Positions 13,867 through 27,268 of a stretch of DNA of 64,000 nt are shown in pieces. Position 1 is the first letter of the stretch. The number at the start of each line of letters is the position of its first letter. The notes beneath the pieces were generated by a model. That model searched no databases, was not told the origin of the DNA, and saw only the letters and a list, made by a program, of their open reading frames with translations. The stretch is from NCBI RefSeq assembly GCF_006345805.1, contig NC_043016.1, forward strand, positions 372,001-436,000, given 5' to 3'. The stretch comes from Octopus sinensis (Eukaryota). A program made the position numbers and the translations under genes.

Positions 13867-15020
13867 AATTTGTTGAAATGCTAATTTACACATCTTGACA
13901 CAGCATTGGTTTTTAAATAAACAATATAATATATATAAATACACACTCTTAGATTGATCCATCCATGACCATCCATCTCTGAATGAGTTTATAAGTCCTC
14001 ATTATTCTGAAGATGTTACTGTGTAAGTTTCAGGGAGATTTAGCAGATATTTCTATAAGGGGCTGACATGGTAATATGGTAAGAAGATTGCTTCCCAACC
14101 ACATGGTTCTAGGCTCAATCCCACTTAGACACTTGTACCTTAGACCACATGTCTTTTACTAGGGCCTCAGGCCAGTCAATGCCTTGTGAGTGGATTTGGT
14201 AATGGGAAACCAAACGTAGTCTATCGTATATATGTGTATGTATATGTATTCATGTATGTAGGTATCCATGTGTGGGTGTCATTGTGTTTGTCCACACAAA
14301 TGCTTGACAACCAATGCTGGTTTGTTTACATCCCCATAACAGCAATTCAGCAAAAAAAAAATTTGATAGAATAAGTACCAGACTTAAACAAATAAATACT
14401 GCAGATGATTCGTTTGATAAAAATCTTTCAAAGTGATGCCCCAGCATGGCACAGTCCAATGACTGAAACAAGTAAAAGATGAAAGGTAACAGCAACAACA
14501 AGCCTAAAGAAATATTCATTTATTCTTAAAGATCTTTTTGGAAGTCTTAATATTAAAATTAAAAATTTTTTTAACAGGAATTAATTAGTTAGATTTACAA
14601 GTAATATTGGAAAAATTCTTGGAATTTGTTAAAAATCAATGAATTAATTAAGTAGATTACTATTATTTTAGATAATTTGTAATTTTTAAAAATAATTAGC
14701 AGAGCCATTGCCAACTCCTTTGGAAGATTGGCATTTGAAAATTTAAATATCTGCATTTGAAATCCATCCATCCACCCATCCATCTACCCCACCCACTATT
14801 CTCGGGAGAGTCAGGGTGGTAGAGTGCTCAGGTGCTTTCTCCTTAGAGTCCTATCAGAAGCAATTGATATTAGACTTTCTGGCTGCATTCCTAAGCATAA
14901 CCAACTGAGACTATGGGTATTATTCAACCATTTTGCCCTTGTTCTATTCCTATGTTTCTTGCTGATTGGCTCAGCTTCACAAATTGTTCTTGTGATTCTC
15001 TCCTATGACATTCTGACCAC

Positions 15021-15440
15021 GGATCTTTTCGGTTTGAATGCCAGTTTTTTTTCTAGCGGTGTCATATGAAATTTTCACCCATAATTATGACCCTAGTATC
15101 GATCTATTGCATTTCAATCTGTTTTAGGGTTAGGGTTAGTTAGGGTTAGGGGAAGGGTATCTTTTTTTCTTCACAAATGTAAATAAACCCAATCTTTCTT
15201 AGACTAGGGACATATTCATACAGCACAGAATGTTTTTTACCTCAATAGATATCAGTGATTGGTTGAAATTGCAGAAATTGAAGAAAAATTACAACAAATA
15301 TCTTACAAACTATAGAATTTTCTCAATAAAGCCAAGAGAAAAAGATGTTTTATAAACACATTCTACCAGTATACGAAGTTTAAAATTTTTTAGTTACCTA
15401 GAAATTATGTTAAAAACTGCCGTCCAAACCGAAAAGATCC
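15021..15440. mobile_element. MITE with ~29-bp TIRs and 8-bp TSD (Merlin- or hAT-like), containing TTAGGG repeats
   Basis: GGATCTTTTCGGTTTGAATGCCAGTTTTT / AAAAACTGCCGTCCAAACCGAAAAGATCC; flanks CTGACCAC / CTAACCAC. Confidence 0.85.
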
Positions 15441-17021
15441 CTAACCACATGTCTGTAGTATTGGAACTGTGACTTTTCAATGTGGAGAAGTAGTGGCTCA
15501 GTTTGGAGAAACTCCCCGAGTCCGTGAATATTATCCAATCATCTCATTCTTGGCCTCTCCTTTCATCTTCTGGGTCAACTTGAATCTGTTTTACAATTCT
15601 TTCTTGCAACATTTTGATCACATCGTTAATACCAGAGCTATGACCTTTCAATGCAGAGAAGTAATATATATGTATATATACACACACACACACTTATGTA
15701 CACATGTACATACATACATACATACATGCATATTCATATTTATATATTACATATATATCATCATCATCAACGTTTTTAAGATCCGTTTTCCTTGATGGCA
15801 TGGGTTGGACGGCTTAATAAGAGCTGACCAGCTGAAGGGTTGTTTTGGCTCCCTGTCTGTTTTGGCATGGTTTTTATAGCTCTTTCCAACACCATACACT
15901 TATAGAGTGTACTAGGTACTTTTTATGTGGCACCAACACCTATAAATATATATATATATTATATATATATATACATATATATATCTTGTCCCTTTGTTTT
16001 CTCTCTGTGTTGATATATGGACAATTAAGCTGGTTTTAGAGTCAGATCATGGTTGCTAATTTCAGCATGGTGGTAACTTGTAGATACCGTAATTTATAAT
16101 TTTAATAATTATTACCATTGAAGGTTATTTTTTCCATGCTGACCACTTGATTAAATCGTTATTTTATTTTTAAATTAACAATCTTATACATATATATATC
16201 CATACACACGTTTGTGTTTGCCTCCCACCACAGCTTGATAGCTTGTGTTAATTTGTTTACATCCTTGTAACCTAGCAGTTTAGCAAAAAGAGAATGATAG
16301 AATAAGTACCAAGCTTAAGAAAAAAAAAGGTGCAGGAGTGGCTGTGTGGTAAGTAGCTTGCTTACAAACCACATGGTTCTGGGTTCAGTCCCACTGCGTG
16401 GCACCTTGGGCAAGTGTCTTCTACTATAGCCTCGGGCCTACCAGTTTCAGATTTGGTAGACGGAAACTGAAAGAAGCCTGTCGTATATATGTATATATGT
16501 GTGTGTATGTGTGTATATATGTTTGTGTGTCTGTGTTTGTCCCCCTAGCATAGCTTGACAACCGATGCTGGTGTGTTTACGTCCCCATCACTTAGCAGTT
16601 CGGCAAAAGAGACCGATAGAATAAGTACTGGGCTTACAAAGAATAAGTCCCGGGGTTGATTTGCTCGACTAAAGGCAGTGCTCCAGCATGGCCGCAGTCA
16701 AATGACTGAAACAAGTAAAAGAGTAAAGAGAGTGTTGATGTTTTGGATTAAACCTTTCCAGGTGATGTCCCACCATGGCTGCAGTCTAGCAACTGAAACA
16801 AGTAAAAGTTTAAAAAATAAAAGATCAGCTATGCATACAATGAGAAGAGAGTGTGAGACAAAGAAAGAACTGAAGAGATGGAGAGAAAGAAGAAATAAGA
16901 ATGGGAAATTAAATTTTTCTTATATTCAAATTTTTTTTTTTATTCAATCTATTTTATTTTGTACTCTTACTTAATTCAGTATTTATGATTAATTATTAAA
17001 ATTTTAAAAATTTATTTCCAG

Positions 17022-17141
17022 GTGTTCGATTAGATCGCGTTAGAGGTGGTCGACAGAAATACAAACGGAGTCCTGACTCTCAACCTGGTACCCAATACCC
17101 TATCCATCCTCAGACAGTTGTTAAAAAACCTAGCATTGAAC
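17022..17141 (+). CDS. ERR: Estrogen-related receptor, exon encoding the DBD C-terminal extension (T/A box) and hinge
   Basis: tttccag acceptor, gtaagt donor; translates (G)VRLDRVRGGRQKYKRSPDSQPGTQYPIHPQTVVKKPSIE. GVRLDRVRGGRQKYKR is the ERR CTE signature. Phase 1-1, 120 nt. Not in the ORF track. Confidence 0.96.
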
Positions 17142-17374
17142 GTAAGTAACTGCAATGTTTTTTATTTTTTATGATTTTCAGATACAGGCTAAACATCATC
17201 ATCATCGTTTAACGTCCACTATCCATGCTAGCATGGGTTGGATGATTTTGATTGAGGGCTGGCAAACCAGATGGCTGTACCAGGCTCCAATCTTGATTTG
17301 GCAGAGTTTCTACAGTTGGATGCCCTTCCTAACGCCAACCACTCTGAGAGTTAAACATGTTAAAAATAATATAT

Positions 17375-17590
17375 GGTGATGCTGAACAGTTTCTCGTTCT
17401 AAGAGTATCGTAAAAGGCTTGGTTGGGGGTCGAACCTTCTGAGTTATTTTCCAGGACTTAGAAAAGCAGAAGAACCTCTGCAAAAAAGGGTTTGAATCTG
17501 AGAGGGGAATATTTTGAATAAAGTCATAATTCACTGATCCTCCTAAATTTTCTTTTACTAAAAGCCAGGAACTTTTCACACACCCCTTCA
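17375..17590 (+). mobile_element. Mariner 3' end remnant
   Basis: FFQDLEKQKNLCKKGLNLRGEYFE* followed by TIR-like ccaggaacttttcacacacccct. Confidence 0.6.
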
Positions 17591-17782
17591 TATTACTTTG
17601 TATTTCAGCACCCCTTTTGGGGTTGATAAATTAAGTACCAGTTGTGTACTGGGGTCGATATAATTGACTGTCCCCCTGCTTCCCCCAAAATTTCGGGCCT
17701 TATGCTTAGAGCAGAAAAGAATATTCATGGCTATTGGTGAGGAAAGGCATAGAAACCGAATTAAAGATAGAATTTGATTTTT

Positions 17783-17995
17783 TTTTTTACCAACAAATTG
17801 AATTTTAAAATTTTTACTAACAAATTAAATTTTTTAATTTTTAAATTTTTACCAACAAATTAAATTTTTTAATTTTTACCAAGAAATTAAATTTTATCAA
17901 CAAATTAAATTTTTACCAACAAATTTTACCAACAAATTTTTACCAACAAATTTTACCAACAAATTTTTACCAACAAATTTTCTTTTTTACCAACC
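17783..17995. repeat. Minisatellite built on ttttaccaacaaa units
   Basis: About 11 units, degenerate and longer at the 5' side, homogeneous 13-15-mers at the 3' side. Confidence 0.9.
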
Positions 17996-19168
17996 TCTTT
18001 TGTTCTGAAGATCAAATACTGGAATGGTTCATTACTGCATCAGCACCTGCAATTCTATCACTCAGTTCAGTCTCATGCCACCCCCTTATTCATGAATATG
18101 GCTCTAAACGTCTCCGCTTGTCTTAATGATATGGTCCACTAACATGCTGAATGCACTGGGAAGAATTTCTTGTGAGAGACAAACGTCTCAGTCTTCACAA
18201 CACAATTCTTGTACCTGCTTTACAGTATTTAGCAGCAAATCTATGTAGTGCTGTGTGTGTGGGGGCTATGTGAGATAAAATATTGTGGTTATGAAGAGAT
18301 ATTGTGAGACCTAGTCAACCCATGACAGCATAGAGAAGTAAAAGAAAAAAAAACATGTTAAATGGTGATGGCGATGATGATGATGATAATAGAAGAGGAA
18401 GAGGAAATGATAAGTGCGTGTGATTCTATTAATGCAACATTTTTGTTTTATATATTTTTATCAATTTTTTTTCTTATACTATTTTGGATTGGTTTAAAAG
18501 AAGTTTCAATCAATATTTATTCTGCAATGGAAAACTGGTGTGTAGTGTGTACATTTATATCTGTTTTATAGAATTTATAGCATTTTATATATCATCATCA
18601 TCATCATCCTCGTCATCTAATGTTGTCCTTCGATGCTGGCATGGGTTGGATGGTTTGACAGGAGCTGGCAAGTGAGAAGACTGCATCAAGCTCTACTGTC
18701 TTCTTTGGTATGGTTTCAACAGCTGAGTGTTCTTCTTAAAACCATCTATTTTTTACGTAGTGTGCTGAGTACTTTTTATGTGGCACAAACAGCAGTGAGG
18801 TAACCAAATAACGTGCAAGACAAGCCCCTCTCGACTGCAGAGGTTGTAGTTCTAAGGGAGGATGATCTGTGCCAGGTGTAAAGGCGGCGAGCTGGCAGAA
18901 ACGTTAGCACACCGGATGGAATGCTTAGCGGTATTTCGTCTTTCTTTACATTCTGAGTTCAATTTCCGCCTAGGTCGACTTTGCCTTTCATCCTTTTGGA
19001 GTCGATTAAATAAGTACCAGTTACGCACTGGGGTCGATATAATCGACTTAATCCATTTGTCCTCTCTGTGAGTAGTAAAGAAATAGGTGTAGAGCAGTTG
19101 GAGTATGATAGGAGGACAGGAACAAGAGTCTTGCAGTTGAGGAGGCACATGGCTACCTGAGTTAGAGG

Positions 19169-19199
<31 letters not shown>

Positions 19200-19329
19200 G
19201 ATAAAGCTGGTCGAGAGAGAGAGATGAGGAAGATGTAATGAGGGATACACTCAAGTTACAGTAAGGTCTATCTCTCTCTCCCTCTCTCTCTCTACCTCTC
19301 TTTCCCCCTCTCCCCCCTCTCTCTATATA

Positions 19330-20570
19330 AAAACTTGAGGACATCCAGCACACGCTTGATAGACTTGCTGTAGCAGCCAGATGTTTTGGCTTAACTAATC
19401 AGCATAAAAAAACAAAAGACTGAGCTACTGTGTCAGCTACATCCTGTTAACATTCTAGAAATCTTGCTCAGTATGTTTGTTAAAGGCAAAGCACTCAAAA
19501 CCTTTGATGCTTTCATGTATTTAGGTTCTTCAGTAACAAACAGTGCTAAACTCAATAGGGAAGTCCAAACTCATATTAGTAAGGCCAGTACAATTTTTGG
19601 GAAGCTTTATGATTGACATTAAAATGCCCATATCTCAGTAAGGGCAAAAATAGATGTGCATAAGTCAGTTGTCCTTACAGCTCTTTTATACGAAACAGAA
19701 ACTTGGGCACCTTATCATGAGCACATCAATCAACTGAACAGGTTTTATATGAAATGTCTTTGGCAAATATGTAAACTTAAGTGTAGTTATAGAAAAAGAA
19801 TAGCACTATATAGGTAATGTGTGGAATACCTGGTATAGAAGCATTCTTGGTCAAGTCTCAGATGTGATGTTTTGAACACATCTTCCGTATGAACAATGGT
19901 CAGTTTGTAAACTCATGACACAGTGCAGGTCAGACCCCCTCTATGGTACAAATTCAGAGATAGTTTGAAATGCCTGAATATTAGAAGAGAAAATTTTGAG
20001 AAACTATGTATACATCCAACCAAAGTACAAATATATGGGAAATTACCACCTTTGTCATCTCTTGTGAAAGGTAGAAGAGTCCATTTTGCTGGACATTGTT
20101 GTAGAGCTGAAAACGAGGTAATTTCTACTCTTCTCCTCTGGAAGCCATCTGCTCGCGATACCAGAGGGCGTACACTCTCCTACCCTGATGTAATCTCCAG
20201 GGATACAGGCATCCAGCAACAGGACCTCCGTAAAGGTATGATGGACCGTGAAGTCTGGCGTAACATAGTAAATTCCATTGTCTCGACCGTGGTCGAACAA
20301 TGATGATGAGAAAGAAAGAGTTTTTTTCCAATTTCAAAATTACGAAACTCAAAGGGTACTTCATCAAGGGCAGTTACAATGAAAATAGGAAAATAGACCA
20401 ACAGAGCAACAGGTTTTCCTGCAAACCAGCATTGTCCACATTGCGATTTCTCAGTTAGATCACATTCTGAATTAATAAGTCATGCTCATGCTCGTATCCA
20501 TGTTGCTTTTTGTGGCCTGAAAACTCACATGAAGAGCCACCAGGTGAAGAGTACAAATCATAGTCATTGG
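19330..20570 (+). mobile_element. Decayed RTE-clade LINE (RT C-terminal half), interrupted by a younger RTE
   Basis: FMYLGS, ISKASTIFGKL, VVLTALLYETETWAPY, LNRFYMKCLWQIC; C-terminal HCPHCD..SHAH zinc-finger-like segment. Confidence 0.8.
20010..20310 (+). mobile_element. 5'-truncated young RTE-like LINE 3' end
   Basis: Open frame HPTKVQIYGKLPPLSSLVKGRRVHFAGHCCR...MMDREVWRNIV ending in (TGA)n tail; near-identical 3' ends at about 13135-13220 (-) and 32383-32463 (-). Confidence 0.85.
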
Positions 20571-20760
20571 GGAATGGTAACAATAATAGTGTGTGTGTGT
20601 TGTTGATTGTCTATTTGATTGGATTTTCCTGCCTTTTCACTGAACATTCATAAGCTGTCTTTGACGGGAGAGTCCATCATATATATATGTATATATATAT
20701 ATCTATATCTATATCTATCAATCTGTCTGTCTGTCTGTCTGTCCATCCATCCATCCATCC

Positions 20761-20818
<58 letters not shown>

Positions 20819-20844
20819 ATTTGTCTATCTCTCTCTCCTCTCTC

Positions 20845-20887
<43 letters not shown>

Positions 20888-21371
20888 GTGTATGTATGAG
20901 TGAACTTTAGGTTGGTTAAAACATGTTTGTGACACATTTTCTAAACCAAAATCGCTGCAGTTACTATGGAGAAAAAATTCTCCCTTATGGTAAAAACATT
21001 ATATCTGTCCAGTACTGATATGTGTGTGTATGTGTATGTGTGTGTATACATATATTTTAGTTTGACTTGTTTATTTTTGTCATTGTCTTGTATGTTCGTT
21101 AGCTATTCCCAGTGGCTTTTTCTGCACTCTGTGCCTCCAAGAAGGAATTGTCTCAATGAAAGCAGCATGAAATTATTATGATCTCTTGGACATTGACTGA
21201 TGTTTGTTTTTGTTAAATTTGCTGGTTGTTATGATTTTTAAAACAAATCCTTGAAATATGTGTGTGTGTGTGTATGCATGTGTGTGTGTATATGTTTTAA
21301 ATATATTTTTAAAAAGCCAGTACAATGAATGTTAAAAAGTACTTGTTAGTGATTTAGTACTGTTACTTGGT

Positions 21372-21411
21372 ATTTTGATATTTCAGGGTTAGGAACCCTT
21401 CTTCAGGAAAT
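21372..21411 (-). ncRNA. Minimal type I hammerhead ribozyme motif (Penelope-type)
   Basis: Reverse strand reads atttc CTGAAGA agggtt-cct-aaccct GAAA TA TC aaaat: intact core, 6-bp stem II, palindromic AUAU helix III; first pair of stem I is a C-A mismatch. Confidence 0.75.
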
Positions 21412-22487
21412 TTACAGAGAAAAGCTGTTGATACTAACGGTTGATGCTTGATGCATATTATTAATTTTTGTATAAGTTGCCTCACGAAAAATATTTAAAA
21501 TATTTATATGAAATGATGTTTCATGAAAACTTATACTACAGTAATATGAGGATGACTCATCTCATCAGATGATTGCTATCGCATGCTCTGCGTGATTGTT
21601 CTGATTTACTTTCATCCTTACATATGCACAGATATCCATCACTGTAACACTGTAAGACATTATAAAATACAGAACGGAACAAGAAATGAAACGATAGTGA
21701 AACATCTGTGTGTCATGGGATTTAAATGACAAAAGCTTGTGCAACACTTTTGCCAGTCTCTCAATCACCATAGTAAGTTTCAGTGACAGGCATCGCATGA
21801 TGGACTGGGTACTATTTTGATTGTAAGTTTTATGCCAGAGTATCTTTTCTCCTAGAAGAGGTACCTTTCCTATGGTTTTGTCAAAAAGTAATAAGAGCCC
21901 CCTTCTACTCTTGGGAAAGCTATTTAACCCACCGATGGCACCTTGACAAGTTCTACCATTCTGGGTCTCACACACACACACACACACACACACACCTTTC
22001 TTTACTTTTATCTTTTACTTGCTTCAGTCATTAGACTGCAGCCATGCTGGAGCACTGCTTTGAAGGGTTTTAATCAAACAAACTGACCCCCAGTTCTTCT
22101 TTGTGTCTTTAATCTTTTATTCATTTCAGTTTATATATATGCTGTCATCATCATCATCTTCATCATTTATAGTCTGTTTCCCATGCTGTCATGGGTTAGA
22201 TGGTTTGACAGGAGCTGGAAAGGCTGGGGGTGGGGGTGGGAGCTGCACCAGTCTTCCATCATTTGTTTTGGCATGGTTACGTCAGTTGGACAACCTTCTA
22301 AATGCCAATCACTTTATGGAGTGTACTGGTACTTTTTATGTGACACCGGCACTGACAGGGTCACCAAGTAACTAGCAAGACAATTCATCTTAAAGGAGGG
22401 AGTTGTAGTGACAAAGTAGGCTTTGTGCCAGTGATGAGACATTAGAGGTATAGTCTATATACATATAACCTAAGCATATATACATAC

Positions 22488-22544
<57 letters not shown>

Positions 22545-22546
<2 letters not shown>

Positions 22547-22813
22547 CAAAGTAAGATAGGGGTTATGAAAGTAACCCGCTATGGTATATCAGTTATCCAA
22601 TATACTGCTGGTGAAGTACCTAAATACTAAATACATAAATGCTTTTAATTGCAATGCAATTAATTCATTTATTGTATTGAATGGGTGAAGGTAAAAAATA
22701 TTTTACTGTAAATTCATAATACAAATAAGAAAATGGAGGAACAAATTCATTTCAATCATCAACTTACGGATGATGATCGAAATGAATTTGATCCTCCATT
22801 TTCTTATTTGTAT

Positions 22814-22818
<5 letters not shown>
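22545..22818. mobile_element. Fold-back element inserted in (TA)n
   Basis: ~46-bp arms ataatacaaataagaaaatggagga.../...tcctccattttcttatttgtattat (about 22716-22817); element flanked by (TA)n on both sides. Confidence 0.55.
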
Positions 22819-22851
<33 letters not shown>

Positions 22852-23119
22852 ATATTGTTTACATATATATAAGAGAAATGTAAATATACATTACAAAGGA
22901 TATATTGTAAACAATAGAAAATTATTTACTAATATATCAATGGCTGGAACTTGCAATCAAAGAACTTTTTCATAAAAGAAGTATGTATGATTGTGAATAA
23001 ATCACAATTATAACAGAGAAGGTTTGGAAAATGCGTGGGATCCTCAGTACAGTTAAGTATATTTGAAAAAGTAAAAGAGTAACTTTACTAGTAGTTCTAA
23101 ACAATTTATATTTTGTTTT

Positions 23120-23395
23120 TTTGATTTGGTTTGCAAGATTCTTTATATGAGTTCGTGTGTTGAAGCATTTTCTGTTGTGTCTGGGGAGAGTCCTTCTCTT
23201 TTAGTGCCTTATAATATAACACACTCACCAGTAAAATTTCCACTTTTTTCTTATTTTTATTCTCCTAAAATTCTCATTGCGTCTTGCAACCTTTTCAATA
23301 GTTTTAGGAGAATAAAAATAAGAAAAAAGTGGAAATTTTACCGGTGAGTGTGTTATATTATAAGGCACTAAAAGAGAATGAGTCTCCCCAGACAC
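23120..23395. mobile_element. Fold-back element, 94-bp arms
   Basis: Arms 23177-23270 and 23302-23395 are near-perfect reverse complements around a 31-nt loop; adjacent to a Penelope-like coding remnant. Confidence 0.75.
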
Positions 23396-23429
23396 TAATC
23401 AATTTAGCTTTTTAATAAAATAATTTTAC

Positions 23430-23770
23430 AGTTTGGTTTGTAGATCTGGTTTTTTTTTAGGTTGGGTGCTTAGCATCTGTGATATATTATTTGTGAGTCT
23501 TTTATGAGTGCATTCATTTTGGGGGAATTGCTGGAGAATTGGGAGCTATTGTTTGGCGGCTTTCACAATATTGAAGTTTCTTGGGTTGTGAGTGATGACA
23601 AAAGGGATAACTGTTTTTCCCTTTTTATTTTGTTGGTTTGTTTTTCTCAGTGTTGTCATTGGAATGTTCTTGGTCTTAGAGATGGCCTTACTGATGTGGT
23701 TCCCCAAATATTCTTGTCTTTTAAGGAACCATTTTTGTTCATATAAATTTTTTTTTCCTGTAGTGTTGGG
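23430..23770 (-). pseudogene. Penelope-like retroelement ORF remnant
   Basis: Reverse strand translates LKRQEYLGNHISKAISKTKNIPMTTLRKTNQQNKKGKTVIPFVITHNPRNFNIVKAAKQ*LPILQQ, resembling the PLE RT-thumb/linker (IPFVxTxNP). Confidence 0.65.
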
Positions 23771-23807
23771 TGTGTTACTATGGTGCAGATGGGTCTAGCC
23801 ATGTTAA

Positions 23808-23849
<42 letters not shown>

Positions 23850-23855
23850 CTTCTT

Positions 23856-23946
<91 letters not shown>
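23808..23946. repeat. Compound (TTG)n(TTC)n(TTA)n microsatellite
   Basis: Three abutting pure triplet runs. Confidence 0.95.
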
Positions 23947-23947
<1 letters not shown>

Positions 23948-24878
23948 GCCAATGGGCTGTCGGAATCACTGGACAAAATTATCTATCTTCATTTTTCTGA
24001 GTTGAAAAATCTGCCTAGGTTGACTTCTCGTTCTTTTGGCATCATTGAAATAAGCATCATTTGATCACTGGGTCCAGTTTAATTGACTTCCCCTTTCCCC
24101 TCTAAAATTACTGGCCTTGTGCCAAAATTTGAAACCATATTCCACTGAGGTCAACTTTGCCTTTCATTCATTTCATTTGTGTTTGATGTAATAAGTACCA
24201 GTTGCATACTGGGGGTTAATGTAATCAATTATCTCCCTCACCACCAAATTCCTGGCCTTGTGTATAATAGAAAAGAATAGAATGGTGTTAGTTATGTTGG
24301 TATTGATGATGGTGGTAGGGATGCTGGTGCTGATGGTGGTGGTGGTGTTGATGTTGATGTTGAAGTCGATGATCTGATACCAAAGTTTAATACATGTCAA
24401 AATGAATTTACATTAGACTTGTTTATTGCACATGTTGTTGTTGTTGTTGTTGTGGTTGTGTTCTTGGTGGGCTTTTTTTTCCTATTCGATCAATGCTATA
24501 AGACAAAAAGGGAAAATTTAAGAGCAAAAAAGACCAAAAAAAAACTAAACAAAAACAAAAAAAGGGAAATTTTAAGAGCCCCCACCCCCTCAATACAAAC
24601 AAACAAACTAAAAAAAAAGAAGAGCCTTCAAAAACCTTTAAATATTGAAGAGAAATGGCTTAGGAATTGAAATAGCATTTCTACAGAAAAATGTTGAGAA
24701 GAAGGGGGAAAAAAGGGAGAATATTGATATCAGGTTTATTTTAGTCACAAAACAAACTGTAAAAAAAGACAAAAATATAAAAATAAACAAGTGAATCTTG
24801 TTTATTTTTCATTCAGATTTTACTTATTTCAACTATATTCAATATTCTAAAATGCAGCTTTGGAACCATGTTAAGTTG

Positions 24879-24917
<39 letters not shown>

Positions 24918-25538
24918 GTTATCATCATCATCATCATCATCAAGGTGAGCTGGCAGAACCGTTAGCAAAGAGGAGATGAATATGCTTAGTGGCATTTCAT
25001 CCCTTTGTGATCTGAGTTCAAATTCCGCGCCGAGATTGACTTTGTCTTTCATCCTTTCTCGATCATTTAAATACTCACCAGTTGAGCACCGGGAAAGGGG
25101 TGGGGGCTGATGCAATCAGCTATCCCCCTACTACTCCTCCAAAATTTCATATCTTGTGCCTTTAGCAGAAAAAAATCCTCCTCCTCCTCCTCCTCCTGTT
25201 TTTCTTTTTCTTATTATTTAGTTTTTAATCTACTTGTTTGGTACAATCACTTGCCGGAACAAAACCCAGCACCGTATGGCAAGTGAAGGTTAAGAGATGT
25301 TTAATGTTCAGATATGTTTGTTATTATTATTGTTGTTGTTATTAATATTTTTTATGTTATTGTCATCATCATCATTTCCTTCCTCTCTTAATTCAACTTT
25401 GCGGCTCATATCAATTTGGCAGCTTTCTGTGAAGATGTCTTTCTCCCAACGTGATAGTTTTACACATACACATATGTATGCGTGTCTCTCTATTCACATC
25501 CATCTATCTCTCTGTCTGTCCCTTTCTATCTATCTAGC

Positions 25539-25570
<32 letters not shown>

Positions 25571-25599
25571 TGTTTATATATATATATATGTTTATATAT

Positions 25600-25639
<40 letters not shown>

Positions 25640-27268
25640 GGACAGACACTACACACACATATATATATAAATAAAAATAAAATAATGATAATGAAATTAT
25701 TGTATACAGTGCTCAGGTGCACCATATATATATATACATGCATACACACATGCATGTGTATATACACACATGCATGTGTATATACACACACATGCAGACA
25801 TACACCCACTCACAAATAGTCTATAAAATATTCTATAAAACAATGAAAGCTGTGCACACCAACCTTTCATTCCAGAATAAATATTGATTATGAATTCCTT
25901 TAAACCAATCTAAGAAAAATACTAAATGGTTAAAAAAAAAGTAACAAAAAAGCAAAAACAAAACAAAACAAAAGAAGCAATGTTGCGTTAACAGAAATGC
26001 AAACGCCCTCTCATACATACACACACACACACACACATTCCTTGACATGCATTTATCTTTTATAAAACCTGTATCACAAGAATTGTGATGTTATGTGACA
26101 GTTACAAACGTCTTTAAGCAGAGATTTGTGCTATTGCTTGTGAGATACAGGCTTAGTGTGACCTCATAGAATGGGAGTGGAGATAATGAAATATGAGGAG
26201 AGCCAATGTTACTACTGCTTTGCTGTGGAACTAAATGCATTACTCTCGGCTGTTGAACTGTATTCTGTAATTACTATAGGAGTGGCTGTGTGGTTAGATG
26301 TTCATTTCTCAACTACATGGTTCCGAGTTCAGTCCCATTGCATGGTACACCTTGGCCAGTTGTCTTCTGCTATAGCCTTGGGCCAACCAAAGCCTCGTGA
26401 GTGAATCTGGTAGACAGAAACTGAAAGATGAAAAGTGGCGAGCTGGCAGAAACGTTAGCACGCCAGGCGAAATGCTTAGGGTATTTCGTCTGCCATTACG
26501 TTCTGAGTTCAAATTCTGCCGAGGTCGACTTTGTGGGTAGTAAAGAAATAGGTAGTTCGTCTGCCGTTACGTTGTGAGTTCAAATTCCGCCGAGGTCGAC
26601 TTTGTCTTTCATCCTTTCGGGGTTAATAAATTAAGTACCAGTTACGCACTGGGGTCAATGTAATCGAATTAATCCCTTTGTCTGTCCTTGTTTGTTCCCT
26701 CTATGTTTAGACCCTTGTGGGCAATAAAGAAATAAGAAACTGAAAGATGTCTGTTGTTAATATATCAGTACTTGACAGGTGCTGCTACCCTGGGTCAGTA
26801 GACCTGGGAACAATTCTACTTAAGAGATGTTTCTGACTCCACAAATCCCTGAAACTACCAAATGCAGTTTAAAGTCTTACCCAGGATAATATGTCTTTTA
26901 TTTTACTTGTTACCAGTCATCAGACTGCAGCCATGCTGGGGGCACCACCTTGAAAAATTTTTAGTCAAATGAATCAACTCAAGCACTTATTCTATCGATC
27001 TCACTGCCATACTACTAAGTTACAGGAACATAACCGCCACCAACATCAGCTGTCAAGTGGTTTGGTGGTGGGGGACAAACACAGACACAAAGACACACAT
27101 ACATATATATATATATATATTATATATATATATATATATTATATTATATACACTTGCGTCGGAAATTATTAGCACTTCTCAAATTTCTACATTTTCTTAC
27201 ATTTCTTAATTTAATTAACTTATTATCAGAAACGAACTCGTTTTTAATCAAAAATTTATTAAAACATA

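Noticed and set aside
15124-15151. Telomere or chromosome-fusion site
   Set aside because: Only about four units, inside a TIR-bounded element.
21565-21993. 142-aa minus-strand ORF
   Set aside because: Begins in a (TG)n repeat and has no recognisable domain or splice context; may still be non-coding regulatory DNA.
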